A stretch of 61,942 nt of DNA, filler included, from Sphacelaria rigidula (taxonomy: Eukaryota), in assembly GCA_964200075.2 (NCBI GenBank). It is 5 parts of 5 records of this genome, joined end to end, with 100 filler letters (N's around TTAATTAATTAA, not from the genome) between each part and the next. Parts side by side here need not be neighbours in the genome. Positions count along the whole stretch, not along the records: positions 12,415 to 24,725 come from CAXNAA020003901.1; positions 24,826 to 37,136 come from CAXNAA020003902.1; 3 more parts are not named here. One strand, written 5' to 3'. Below, in pieces: positions 13,271-26,467 of this stretch. The first letter of the stretch is position 1. Each line of letters begins with the position of its first letter. The position numbers and the translations under genes were made by a program. The notes under the pieces were generated by a model, which saw only the letters and a program-made list of their open reading frames with translations, did no database searches and was not told the DNA's origin.

Positions 13271-16200
13271 CCGCACAGATATGATTCGACTGTGTTCCTG
13301 CGCGAACAAGATTATTCTAGCTTCTCTTCATTTAGCATACAGAGGTATATTGAAAACCGCCCCACCCTGGGTCGTCACCAGATACCATTCATATCAGTAC
13401 CATTCGAGCAAACATGCGCACATGCCTGCCATGATTCCACTCAGCATATGAAAATCCACACATGCATGCCAATATTTCACTCAGCACATACAATGCCACC
13501 TTCCTCGCAGCAAACACCATGCAACGTCCGTGCCAACCAGATGAGCACAACACACACATGCCAAATATCCACATGTACGCCAGAGTTTTACCTTGCACAC
13601 GCGATACGATCATACTCGCTCAACAAGCATGTTTCATGCGCAAACATGACCACAAACCACACAATGACAAGCTGCAATCATTCTCAAAACGATTCGCGAA
13701 TACCAGTCATGATGTGTTCCCTTATTCTCAAGAAGCACTCAATCATCTCAGCAGTTGCTCCTCAACATCAGCACCCCACTCGGCGCTCACCACAACAGCA
13801 AGCACCTCGGGTAATACGTTCTTCGTAGTCCTCCAGCCCGCTCCTGAGAAACAGCAGCACTCGAACCACAACCCCGTGCACAGCGTAGAGCAGCGTTTCC
13901 ACTCGAACACTCGCTCCTAGCGCCATGAGTCCAGCTACAGCTCGCACCCTCGTGGAGCCGCTCAGCTCGCCACTAAACGGTATATCCGCACCGCCGAACC
14001 AATGCGACAAGCCATCTGCCTCCACAGATACGTGGGCAGTACTGAACACCTGTGCTTCAGTCAGTTTTACAGAGGAAACCAGAGGCGAAACGGGCACAGC
14101 TACACAGTCCCCAACAGCAACACCTCCTGATGACGGTATGCTATCCTCCTCAAACCCCCTACGGCACAACAGTGGAGACACCTCCGCCATCGCCGCCAAA
14201 TACGCCAAAGCTGTCCATGTAAACAGCAGTGCACACGACCAACCGTCTTCAAACTTCCTGCTGACCATTTGGTAGGCCAGGCGTTTGTTGACTTCGTTAT
14301 TTTGGGATCGAAGTCACTCCCGTGCCACCCCGCGATGTTGGGTTCCCCCAATCATTCTCGTGTAGTCGTCTTTCTATGCTCGTAATCTCACCAAAAGCTG
14401 TGCTCACTTTGTGGATATTGAAGAGTTTCGGAAAAACGCAATTTTGTCAGTTCAAAGTGCAAATTCCTCAGAATCAGCGTGCAGAATAGAAAAAAACCTT
14501 AATCGAAAAAAAGTGAAGGGGATACCAAATTTGATGGAGGGGGAAATAATTTTTTGTTACATGCCCCGATCTCAAACGCTTGAAAAAAAGAATGGTCGAT
14601 TTATGCTAGGTTGGTGGATGTGATGCTCGATAAGAGCTGGGCCAGCCTAAAAGCGGGTTTATAGTTCGCAGGCCCATTTCCCAGCTCAGTTTTTGGATTA
14701 GATATCAAAATTTGACAATGAAAGGCCACAATAAAAGAACGTATGAATGAACCCAAAGCTTGTTGTTTTTCATGAGTCAACGGCATTTTATTGAAACCTG
14801 ATGACTGATTATTGCCTTTACCTCATGAAAGAAAAAATAGATTTTGGTTCATACACACTTTTTTTTATTTCAGCTTCTTTGTTGTCCATACCAAACGCTG
14901 AACACTGAGCTTAAAATGGGCCGTTTGAAAACCGGGCCGGGTTGAGTTCGGAACAGTATTTTGCGGGCCACTCATTGGCCCAGGTTTGATACTTGTATAT
15001 CGGAATTTTGGGTGGGACCTCCTCGCTAGGGCATGATGAAGCAAAAGAAGTGGACCAAGTTTTTTTTTTTACTGGTCTAGGACGTTTTGGCCTCGTAAAG
15101 ACCACGTTTTCACGAGAGCGCCCTAATCTCTCTCTAGAGAAGAAAATGAAGGTCCACTGCTTCTTTTTTCAGCATGTCTTTGCTGTCCTCCATGCTCTGT
15201 TTCAAATCAAGATCCAAATAATTGGGCCAACAGCAATATCCATTTCCCTCAAAACTCTACTAAAAAAACGGGATTTGTTTTTCTTGAAGAAAACAGTTTT
15301 TCATATATATTATTCACTAGCGGTTCCCCTTACGAAATTCCAAAGCACGACTCTCGAAAGCTGTGACGAGATATCCAGATTTTGTGCATTTAGTACTTCT
15401 GCTCGTAATATATAGACTTTCGTATGAAACTTTATGTGCACAATATCTCGAGGCAGATGATGAGTCAGGTGCAGGGTGAGGGTATCAATCGTTTTCCCGT
15501 GCTCGAGGGAATGTCCACACCAAAATTCGCCATCCTCTGTATTCATCGTCTGGGGTTTCATGTAGACTTGAGTATGGAATCCATATCCGTACGGTATAGG
15601 CGTTACTGGACATGGGGTTTAATCAGCGAGAAAAAAATGGCACAGACTCTTGAGTAAATAACCTTCCTCTTGCTTAGACGTTTAATAGGATATGCGGGTC
15701 ATGGCCCAACTCGTCTGTATCGATGAGATATTTCTTCAAGAGCTTGAACCCGTCTCTAGGCTGGACCAGTCTGTAGTTGCCTTTTTTTCACATTTTCACT
15801 GGTCACCATTATTGTTGTTATTCTTTGTCTAACATAAGTTTTGGTCATTACCGCATTTTTCACATATAGATTTTTTCTAGTTTCAGACTCAAAAATCCTT
15901 CAGCCCCACGTGTCTACGAGGTTGCGCTGAATCTGGATTGCACAACTGGCAATAATACGGCAGCACCGCAGTATTTGGAACGGCGAGTGTGCTAATTTTT
16001 CTTCTGGCCCCACTTCTTGTGGTATCGGGATTTCGGGAAGGTACCCCACCCTCTCTACCGTCGCTTGGAGAAATGACCAACTGTATGGTGGACCAGGCAA
16101 CTTGTCGACCATTCGTCAGGGTAATAGACAGCTTGCATTCGTACGCAGAGGTGAAGGAGCCGTGGCCAGAGACGATCCCATCATGACATGCTGCGGTAGG

Positions 16201-16304
16201 ATGGAACGAGTAACAGAGGTGCTGACTTCAACATAGCTGAATTTGACGACCGAAATCGTGTATGTTTACCACCCGTCAAAACAAGTGCACTCGTTAGTGT
16301 TTTT

Positions 16305-16800
16305 TTAGAACACCAAGCATGACTCGTATGCTGGAGTGGTTCATTTAAAAAAACGACGAGCATACCTGGTTTGCTCGAGTTACCGATTCTCTTCACCACG
16401 AGCAACGACTCGAGTGCTCGAGTCGTATATTTTTTCAACCAGGATCGATGACTCGTGTGCTCGAGTCATTTATTGTTTGACCCAGAAGCAATAAGTCGGG
16501 TGCTCGAGCTGTTCATTTTTTGAATCATAAACACTGATTCGTGTGCTCGAATCATTCATTGTTTTCTTCGCGAACAAGGACATTCTTTGAACTACCAGCA
16601 AATTCTCGTTCACTCCGACCGTTCATTTTTTGAATCACGAGCAATGAGTCGACTACTCGAGCTATTCATTTCTTCAACCACGACCAATGACTTGTGTACT
16701 GGAGTTTTTTTTATTATTTCCACCACGAGCGATGACTGGTTTGCTCGAGTAATTTTTTTTTTCCATCACGAGCTACTTACTCAGTTGCTGTTCATCAAGA
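16305..16800 (+). repeat. Degenerate ~43-bp minisatellite, ~11 units, with internal palindrome
   Basis: Consensus ~CAACCACGAGCAATGACTCGTGTGCTCGAGTCGTTCATTTTTT; CTCGAG/CTCGAA at ~16374, 16417, 16460, 16504, 16546. Confidence 0.85.
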
Positions 16801-18317
16801 TTCTCACCCGCAAGCTTTATTTTTACTGTGCGTCGCGCAACCCGAGGTTCGGTTCGTTGTGAAAGGCCTGCTCCCCGCTGGCCCGGAAGAAAGAATGAGA
16901 GCGGGGTGTACGTCAGACCTGATGGTCCGCACGGGAAGAACCACGACGCTGACTGCAGGCGAAAGTACCCTGGGTTGTCTCAATGCCTCGAAATTAGCGG
17001 CGTAAATCTTGACCCTCACGAGCAAGACAATTTCCTCCTGACTTTTACGTGCGTACGCTATCCACTATGACCTTAGAGGTCTTGACTTACTCTCTACGAG
17101 TCATTCACGAGATAGGCTACGAAGCCATCAACAGGGGAACCCTTACGAGGATCGTACGAAATAGTATGCACCACGGGAAGGGAGGGGTTGCTACGGTCTG
17201 TGCATTTGACATCTGGATCCGCGGACGGTGCTTTTGCAACTTCCCCTTGATGCGAATATTTGACCGCTTTGAGAGGGTTGATAGTCTCCTTGCGCGCGGT
17301 ACTTGTGCAGGGCCGGGGGGGGGGGCGCCGCTGGGATGCCATGTTTACTTCGACCCCGGCAAATGAGCGAATATGAACCAGTCATTTACATATGACAGTC
17401 GTTGTTCACCACCATCAGTTGCTCGGGGAGATCGTTTTCGGTTCGACCCTGGCAGATGGACCGGTATGATCCAGTGATTACACACGGCACTCGTTACCCA
17501 TCATCGGCACTTGTTCGGGAGCAATATTTTCGCACCCTGGCGAATAAAAGAAGAAGAGCAAGAGACCTTACACATGATACTCGTCGTTAACCATGGGCAC
17601 TTGGTCGGGGACATCATCTTTACTCAGACCTTGGAAGGTGAAAATATTCTAGGCACAGTATCTACACGTGACAATCGTTGTCCAGCACCAGCACTCGCTC
17701 GGAGACATCTTCGTTTATCTGACTCTGGCGGACGAAAAAAAATTAGCAGGTGATCTTACACATGACACGTTGGGTGTCATATCGGTCAACCAGCGTCACA
17801 TCGAGTGCGTATCTGACACACTGGAATGATTCGTTTCCCTTCCTATTTCACGCGGAAGGTATACATGACAATTAATAAGAGAAGAGACTTCTTGTCACTT
17901 GTTTACAGGTTAATTGATCCTCGCTTGTTGCTCTCTCGCATGTCTTGATCACCGATATCATGCTGAAACGAGCCGTCATATAACACATGCTGATTTTTCA
18001 TATTGATACAGTATTCCTAAATGTTCATACGTTGTGACCGTGCCAAGACGCCCCGCCAAGTACTTTCCTGTTGTCCACTTACTCGCTGCATCCCAACTCC
18101 CTAGGCGGCTATCCCTGCTGGCACCGTTCCCTGTGCTTGCGGCGCTGCCTGCGCTGCAGCAAACGACTGTATGTATGCCGTGTCTATTGTATTGTACTTC
18201 TCCCCTACCGTGGTGCAGTGCATGCACATTGCTACTAACATGGAAGTTTCTTTCTACCCGTGTCGTAGCTTTGCAACAGTGCACGATGTCTGAGCAGTCA
18301 GCTGGCAATGCTACTGT

Positions 18318-18545
18318 GGGGGTGCATTTTTTTTCGCAAAATCGTGTCTGGTTCAGTGGCTCGTAATGATTCAAGATGTACAAGAATATGGGTCAGGGCA
18401 TCCCCGTTTGGAAATTCCGTCGGGGGGTATCCCCAGCACATTGGAATAGGAATCCTGGCGTACTGTCACATATTTCATAAGTCGTATTTCCGAAGAGACG
18501 AAGGGCTCCTAAAAGTTTAACCTCAGAAAATATATGTGCACCCCT
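18318..18545. mobile_element. ~225-bp MITE with short TIR (GGGGTGCA...TGCACCCC)
   Basis: Terminal inverted repeat; second copy at 21054-21270. Confidence 0.75.
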
Positions 18546-19643
18546 CCCTACCGTAGCATCATTCCAGCAGCAATCCAGCTGCTACTACTGTACAACATCA
18601 TAGTCGGGTACCAGGTACGGTGGCTCAGTTGGTAACCCCCTTTATTCTGGACGCCAGTCTACACCTTTCGGAATATGTGGACGCATCAGCCGGGGTCACA
18701 CAAGAGGAAGGCCAACACTGGATCTTTTTCGTCTCATTTTATTTTAGTGCTCCACCTTCCTTCCGCGATGCTTTCCTTATTTTTCCATATCGAGACTGCG
18801 TTTAGCGGTTCTTTTCCCTCGTCGATCGTGAACTCGAGCATTGAAGCTTTGACGGCGGGGAGGCATGCGATGCATACGTTTTTTACGGTGTTGCAAGTGG
18901 CTAGATGCGTTTGAGACGTGTTGGGTGCTTATTCCCTTCTAGCGTGAAAATGGTGTATCGTTTGGCTGTTGCGCTCCGTTGCGCAGGTGTTGAACGTACA
19001 AAGAGTGCATTTTTTTTCAAGTCAAACCTTGTCTCGGATGAGAGGGATGACGAGTCACGAATGCTCTGGAGTTTGACGTTCGCTGACAATTCCCGTTCCG
19101 TGACGATGAAAAGTCAAGTGACTTATTTTGGGCGAAGATTTGAGAATTTGGCGCTACCTATCGCTTTGTAACTCGAAGTGGTGTGAGTAGCGTGATTGCA
19201 TGTTCATGATGGACAATATTTTCTTGGGATCTCCTGCGAGTTGTTCGGAAGTGGGGCAAGCTTGTATGGAGCTGTTGTCGAAAGCAGCGGAAGAGATTGC
19301 TATTCTTTGCGGAAAACGACAGTACTATCAGGCACCGATGATGTTTGAGTTTGTCAAGCTCTGATGTAACTACTTGTTGGTAGTATAGAGCTTTGGGGGT
19401 GCTGTAGACTCTAGCCACCACTGTTACTTAAGGTTAGGGACATTGTGTAGGTGTAGTTGCGGGTCTGATTGCCGGACTCTGTGATGGGTGACCTCCATGA
19501 CGTGTAGGCTTGGTTTTGCTACTCTGGTGGAGAGAGGCTATGATCCTGCTCTCCTGTACTATGCTGAGGGTTAATACATGAATAACTAAAGCTGCTGAAG
19601 TCCATGGGCCCGTGATGGGAGGAGTCCACACGGCAATCTGATC

Positions 19644-21053
19644 TTGAGTGACAGAAGTCTATACTCAGACGAGGAGCTGGCAGAGCTTCGTGTTGGACTG
19701 GATCATGCGGTACAGGCAGCCGCGGACAAGGGTATGTCGGCGAGCGGCGTTGATGAGCTTCGCGAAGTTGTCGGGCGCCGTATCAACGCTTTTCGGCGAG
19801 CACTACGCGGTGATCCGCCTGCTTGTCTGGAGCCACTGAAGGTGAGATTCAAACCTGGGGCTAGAGCAGTCAAGGCGAGCCCGCGGGTATATTCCTCGGA
19901 AAGAGAACGTGGGTAGCAGGGTGCATGGAGACACTGGTGGCGCTTGGGCCCGTATGTCGCAGCTTACAGGCAATGTGGGCGAGTGCGGCCATGGCCACGC
20001 CAAAAAAGGGCGCTTATCGACTGGTGAGTAATTATCGCGCGGTATACATGCAGATTGAGAAGGTTCCTAATGTCATGCCGAACCACAAGGCGGAGATGAT
20101 CGATTTGCTAGGAGCTGCGTGTTTTGGCAAGATTGATAAGCTGCAGGGTTACTGGCAGATGACGTCGGCGGCTGATGCACGAAAAATGATCACGATCGCG
20201 ACTCCCGAAGGTCTGTTTACCCCCACACGGGTGCCGCAAGAGGTGTCGAATGCGACGGAGGTGGTGGAGGCGCTACGGGTATCACTAGAGGAGCGCCTGC
20301 AGGGAAACGTGCGCCATACCAAGCGAGTGGCGTCACATCGGATAATCGAGGAGTAGGCATGGACGTCCAGGCGTGCTCAAGCGTGGCACGAAGCGCAAGA
20401 TTTGGTAGCGCATGCTGTCACTCTGTCATATCCCGAGCAGGGGTATGAGATGCTCATGTTTCCAGATGCACCGGATCTATGCTGAGGAAGTTTTCTCACA
20501 CAGGTGCCGGAGGATGAGCTGGGTGATACATTGGTAGTGGAAGAAATGAGCGGAACGTTTCGTGGAGCGCAGTTTCGTGGGGCCACGGTGGATAAGGAAG
20601 GCTATGCGATCGTAAGTACTTTCCGTAGGTTGGAGTATCTTTTATGGGATGTGGTTCATATCTTCACCGATCATCGTAACCTAGCATACATTTTCAACCC
20701 CAAGGCGTGCGTTGCATCCGTGTCTAAGACTGCTGCCCAGAGGCTCGAGCACTGGAAGGCCGTTCTTGGGCAGTAGTACGATTACTTCATCCGGCACATT
20801 GCTGGTGAGCGCAACTGCTGGGGAGATTTACAGTCAAGGTGGGTAAGCGTTCCGGCAGTGTCTGTGTGTGCTGCGGCCGTGTTTGCGAGCGGTCAGCCTG
20901 ATGAAACGCTGCCGTCGAACAACGCTATTCGTGAGGCCCAAAAGCTGGCTCAAGCCGGGCTCGGAGTGATGATTGCTGGAGTCCCTAGTTTTGCAGCCGC
21001 TGTTGGGCGGGTTCCGAAATACGTTGAGAGTTTATACTTCGGAGCAATGCAGT
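19644..21053 (+). mobile_element. Decayed Ty3/gypsy pol fragment (RT N-terminal part + RNase H)
   Basis: YRLVSNYRAV, GKIDKLQGYWQM and ITIATPEGLFTPTRVPQ are RT motifs; the YxDD region is deleted. FPDA, DKEGYAIV and HIFTDHRNLAYIF are RNase H motifs. Stops and frameshifts present. Confidence 0.9.
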
Positions 21054-21270
21054 AGGGGTGCACTTTTTTCGCGAAATTTTGTCTGGTTCAGGGGCTCCTA
21101 ACGATTCTAGACGCACAAGAATATGGGCCAGGGCATCCCCGATTTATTCGGGATATCCCCAGCACATTGGAATAGTAATCCTGGCGTACTCTCGCATATT
21201 TTCATAAGTCGTGTTTTGGATGAGATAAAGGGCTCCTAATAATGATAACCTCAAAAAATATTTGTGTACC
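21054..21270. mobile_element. Second copy of the ~225-bp MITE, at the junction of the two gypsy fragments
   Basis: AGGGGTGCAC...CAAGAATATGGGCCAGGGCATCCCCG...CCCCAGCACATTGGAATAG...AAGGGCTCCTAA...AACCTCAAAAAATATTTGTGTACC, collinear with 18318-18545. Confidence 0.8.
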
Positions 21271-23600
21271 AACCGCAGCATCACTCTGCTACGGGATTGG
21301 CACCGAATGAAATTCATGTTGGTCGTATGGCTCGGTTACCTTTGACAGTATTCGAACGCAAAAATACAGGCGGACATAAGAGTCTGGATCGTGATGTTGT
21401 AAAGTACCATTTGTCGGTTAGCAATCGTCTTCGTCTTGCATATGAAGTAGTACGAGAACAGAACCAAATCAATTTGGCCAATGGCCAGAGCGAACTCGGT
21501 GTTGGATGATGTGGTACGTAACCGCCCGGTGTAGAAGGTAGGCCAATGGGCATGAGTATATAACGATGTGAAGACCATCAATCAAGAAGCTAGCTCAAAG
21601 ATATCATATTTAGACAAAGTTTTGAAAGAAAAACTTTTTTTTAATCGGACCAGTCCTTGGGGAACCTTGGCTGTTGGTCCAAGCGCTACTTCACCCGGCA
21701 AAAGTCTGGTGGAAGCGGAACTTTTTAATTTAGATTTCCCCACCAATGAACCCGGTTCGAAGCCCACAAATTGCGTCTCGATGCTACAATGCAAACCGTG
21801 TATCCCCCCTCATGACTCCTCCGACATTCCCAAAGAACTGTCGCTTGGGCTTAGTCAGTGTGTATTCACCAAGTATGCGATCAAAACTTCGCCGTACCAT
21901 ATGACGGTCGAGGATGCGGACGCACCCTTAAAACGTGTTGCGGTAGATAGGATTCCGGGCCATCAACTGGTCCGCGGCCGTGGTGGTAAAATAGCGGTAA
22001 TCTATGAAACACATTGGAAGGGTATCATGCGTGTTACATGGGAGCGTGAAGTTGACTTGCGTCATTTTCGTCAGGAAATATTGCTGTACTGGGCAAAAGA
22101 TGCCGTCCAACCGCCCGTTGAATAAGAGATATGAGTCTATGCGCAAGGGAGCTGCCGCTCGGAAACTGGCACGTGAGCACTCAGCGCGGCTTGTCGTAGC
22201 AGAATGTAACCTTCTTTCGCGTTCACAATGCATGCAGTTTTTTCACGGATAACGTTTGCCGAAGGGGGCGTCATTTTGGTGTAAGGCTTTGGATCCACTG
22301 TGGTGGTTGGGTAAGATTCATTTGGTCGATGCTGCATCTGACTACTCCTACTTTATCCGTTTCCTTGATGACCCGAGCCCCCTTGAGATTCGCTTGGATG
22401 ATGCTTACTACACCGAGGTGCCGACCGCTCGCCGGGGATCCTGGTGCCTCCAACGACATGACCAAGGTGATCCCGACACAGCCGTTCTACACAACACGGA
22501 CGCCGCTTGAGATGCAGAAGGCTCATGATGCCGCATCTGAGTCTGCTGCCCCACTCACCTTGCGTAGTGTACCATGTTCGAATGGCTTGTCTTGCGCTGT
22601 AGCGTCGTTGGAAAACCATAATATGTTCCCCTACCCCCTTCATTTTTTTTCCGTACTGCTGTAGCCCCGTCCCTTTAGTGGTTGTATTTTTGTATTCTGT
22701 ATTCTGTGTTTGTTTGTTTGGCTTCGGACCTTCTCTTTGTGTCATGTTTAAGCTTTTGTGTCGTTTTATGTTGCTTTGTTTTCTATTCCTCTTCATTTTT
22801 TTCTTTTCGTCTTGTGTTTTGTTCCTTGTTTTTGTTTCTGATGTATAATTTGTTTTTGGTTATTTCTGGGTTCATACATCGGAGTATTACGTGACGATCG
22901 TTCCACAAACATTCCTGACCCCGAGTCTGAAATACTTGAACCTTTGTCTTCGCGCCATACACTCCCGACAATTCCGTATACTGGAACGGTTGCCACGAGT
23001 TGTTTTCTCCCCTCTCTTCGTTGTGCGCACCTTTTGTCTTGTTTTATTTATTTTGCTATTTTCTTTTTGGTTGTTTGTCTTATCGGTCGAGAGTTTCCGG
23101 AGCGAGCGCTAGACATACCTGATCCCTACGTCTGGAACATTGGCACTCTTATCCAATCGTTCCGTACACGAATACCGCCCCCGTCTTCGGTATCGGTCGT
23201 AACGTGTCTCCTTTTGTGTGCGTTCCACGTTGGGTTTTTTGTTACCATGGGCGGTAGTAACCGGGGTCAAGAGTCCACAATGTTTTGACCTTCTTGGCTG
23301 AAACACTTGGCCCTACTTGCTTCGTACACGCGACAACCGCTTCCGTTTACAGGGACGATCGCCACGTGTTACTCTTCGGCTTCATTTTGCGTTTCTCTTG
23401 TTTTCGCTGTTGACAAGCGTGCTCCTTATCTTCGTATTTGGTTTTGGTTTTGGTTTTGGTTTCGGCGTCTATATCTTGGGAATTTCGCACTGGATTCACC
23501 ACCGTTCCTGACCCTCGGCTCCAGAACACTTTGCCTCCTTGTTTGCGAGTCCTCCACACGTGCGACCGACCTTCTTTATGGAAGGGTTACGTGAAATGCG
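21271..23600 (+). mobile_element. Decayed Ty3/gypsy 3' part: integrase C-terminus, chromodomain, extra C-terminal domain, T-rich 3' region and PPT-like tract
   Basis: HSATGLAPNEIHVGR (integrase core end) and VDRIPGHQLVRGRGGKIAVIYETHWKG...TWERE (chromodomain-like), then ORF 22256-22510, a long T-rich region, and purine tract ATGGAAGGG at ~23578 shortly before a TG. Confidence 0.8.
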
Positions 23601-24725
23601 GCGCAAGTAGATGGTTGATGTTTGGGTGATTTTTAATTACAACTTGGTCACCACTGACCGCGTCGTACATAACGAGGTTGAGGAATTGTCATTGAAGTCG
23701 TGGTATAACTCGTTGCAAATGTCTCCTCATACAGGACCATTACGTATCATGCTAGGATAGATTGCTCTCCTGGAACCGACCATATAGCCGTGTCGATGTT
23801 TCGACCATTGGTACAGCCTACAGGCTCAGAGTTCGCCACTCGCTATTGTTCTTATCACTGCCTACACCAGTTATTGCGTACGGTTACCCGCCTCCGAAAT
23901 CGATATGGTGGTGTTTTGTTTTTATCAGGGGTTGTTAAGTAACGATACGACGTGACGGTAAGCCCGGCTGGGGTTTTTCCTTCAGTTGGAGCCAGCGAAC
24001 CAGATCGTCTTCGTCCGAACGGGAAAGTACCGTGAGAAGTGGACTGCGTTGGCCCTCTCTCTGTGTGTACTTGTCATGGTTCAGAAACTTGTTGAGCGAT
24101 CCGCCTCGGATTTATCTCCGATGGTTGTGCATAATCCGATTGCGTTTCTTTTGACATGTACGAATACGCGACCCTCAAACCGGCCGGCTGCCTTCGTATA
24201 TCGTTTGTGTGAGAAAAAAAACTGTACGACCGTATCATCACCCAGATGTGTTTAGCGACATGATGCACTCTCACACACATGTACCGACAATAAGCTCCCG
24301 ATAATCGAGTTACCTTGTCCGTATCATGCGTATTTCGTTTTTTTTCAACGTGTGGTTCTTGCGGCAAGTGTTTTGTTCCGCGGCGAATCAGGTATAGGTT
24401 GTACGTTGTGTTGGTTTTGCTGATTGACCGGAACGAGTGATTAGCATAAACTGGTTATCGAAGTGATATAATGCCTTGGCGGGCTTACTTGTGTTTTTCC
24501 TACCAATGAAACTGCAAAATCCGGAATTCCGGAAAAGAGGAACCTTTTCTGAAATTTATGTGTTGGAAATTTACACAGCCAGCAATCTAACTGTATATCT
24601 TTTGTGTGAGTTTTTACTCTGTAGCAAATTCGCGGGACAACTAGTGACGGTTCGGGTAGTCGGATAATAGCACAAATCTAACCCGAGATTCCGGGTACAA
24701 GTACCTCTTTTATATGGATCCTTGA

Positions 24726-24825
24726 NNNNNNNNNNNNNNNNNNNNNNNNNNNNNNNNNNNNNNNNNNNNTTAATTAATTAANNNNNNNNNNNNNNNNNNN
24801 NNNNNNNNNNNNNNNNNNNNNNNNN
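24726..24825. other. Artificial contig spacer
   Basis: Same 44N-TTAATTAATTAA-44N structure. Confidence 0.97.
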
Positions 24826-24897
24826 TGGGCTTGGGGGGCTGGTAGTTGTTGTGAAGGATGCGTTTGTGCGGCGGGGGGTGGGTGGCACGCGTGTGTT

Positions 24898-24962
24898 GCG
24901 TAGTCATTTGTTGCTTGCCTTAGTCGTTTGACCATTGACCACGCATTCCTTTCGAGACGGAG
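24898..24962 (-). mobile_element. LINE 3' terminus, short copy
   Basis: GCGTAGTCATTTGTTGCTTGCCTTAGTCGTTTGACCATTGACCACGCATTCCTTTCGAGACGGAG. Confidence 0.8.
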
Positions 24963-26375
24963 GTGGGGTAGATTATGGATATAGTTTTTTTTTTGCTAGC
25001 TCGTGAGTGATGAAATGTAAACAGGATACATTTTTTTTTTACAAAACTGATTTCCGCCACATTACAGTGCCATACAATATAATGCAACCGAGCGCGTCGT
25101 CGTAGAGCAGCTACGGGGCACACCGTTTCATGGGGACCGTACCGTTACGCATATATACCGCACTGGCTGCACATTATTATAAAAAGGTCTCTCGCCTCTA
25201 CAATCGATGTTCACGGCAGCAAGTGACATGGGGCTTCGTACATGGTCCACCATGAACAGCCGGAAGGGGGGAGGGGGGGAAGGGGAAGGGTGCTACGCAT
25301 GATCCTGTGTAACTATTCACCGCGTCCCAGTACTGTTGGAAATGTGGCCATACTTTTTCAACCCCTGCCCTTCCTCCGGACGACTTCGCAGTCTTCAGGG
25401 ATCAACCCTTCCCTTCACTATTGGATGCCTGGCATCTTGCTATTGCGGATTGGATCAGCACTCCTGCATGACATCGATACTGGTCATAAAAATGTTGCTT
25501 TTGCGACTTACGTCCTCTTGTTTCCAACGATGGAATCAGAATCTTTACAGTGAGACAAAATACGTATCTGTCGGAATACTCGGATCCTCACCCTTTAATT
25601 TTCAACCTTCAACGGCTGTGGATGTACCAGTTTAGACAAAAGAGGCACACGATAGCAGACGTATCGCGATTGACTACTCACCACCACCCAGTTGTACTAC
25701 GTCATTATCTAGAACAAGACGTGAACCAAAAATACCCAAGACTGTGCAGCCCCGCGGTGAGGTCACATGTCCTCCTGGAGGCATTCCTATCTGCACATGC
25801 CTGCGGCAGCCCTGTTCCTGCTCTTCAACGTTTGGATTTTACCCGAGTGCTCCGAAAGTGTAGTCGCAAAGCACTGCCAATAGTGCTCGTGTTTTATTTC
25901 AATTACCACATATCAACTGGTCCCCAAAAGATAATGTAAACGCATATTCAGGAGTGCCTCGATTTTAGCACAAGAGGTGACATGCCAAAAGCCAACGTCC
26001 AGATAATCGGAGAATTTATCTGGTTTCCTCACAGCTCACCGAGAAACATCACCCAGCGGACTGGAGTCCGAAACCTCAATCCGCGGGAGGAAATCGCTTG
26101 AAGACAGCAGGCTGAAATCCCCAGATTTGTACAAGTGCAGATTTGTCCCCCATTATTGTCCAACTTGCCACCGACAACGGTGGTGCAAGACGTCATGATC
26201 GCTAGTGGAATGGCAGTGCAGCCAGATGTAGCACTGCTTTTGCGCCGTAGACTACGAATTGTTCACGCTGTCTTCTTCCAGCTGAGGCTGGCAAGAGTGA
26301 AGAACTGTGCCCAAGGTGAAGTCGTCTACCCGCCGTGCATTTAGATTTCATGCAACACAACCAAGGGAATATATT

Positions 26376-26467
26376 AGGAGTAGTAACGGTGCTCTGTCTC
26401 GAGAGGGATGCGTGGTCAATGGTCAAACGACTAAGGCAAGCCACGAATGAGTATGCCCCCCCCCCCC
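26376..26467 (+). mobile_element. LINE 3' terminus with C12 tail
   Basis: GGAGTAGTAACGGTGCTCTGTCTCGAGAGGGATGCGTGGTCAATGGTCAAACGACTAAGGCAAGCCACGAATGAGTATG followed by C12. Confidence 0.85.

Noticed and set aside
16305-16800. CRISPR-like array (palindromic repeats at regular spacing)
   Set aside because: Units are diverged along their whole length, the intervening parts are homologous T-rich sequence rather than unique spacers, there are no cas genes, and the context is eukaryotic.
19644-23600. One continuous gypsy element
   Set aside because: The RT catalytic region and most of the integrase are missing, and a MITE sits at the junction; the two halves cannot be shown to belong to the same element.
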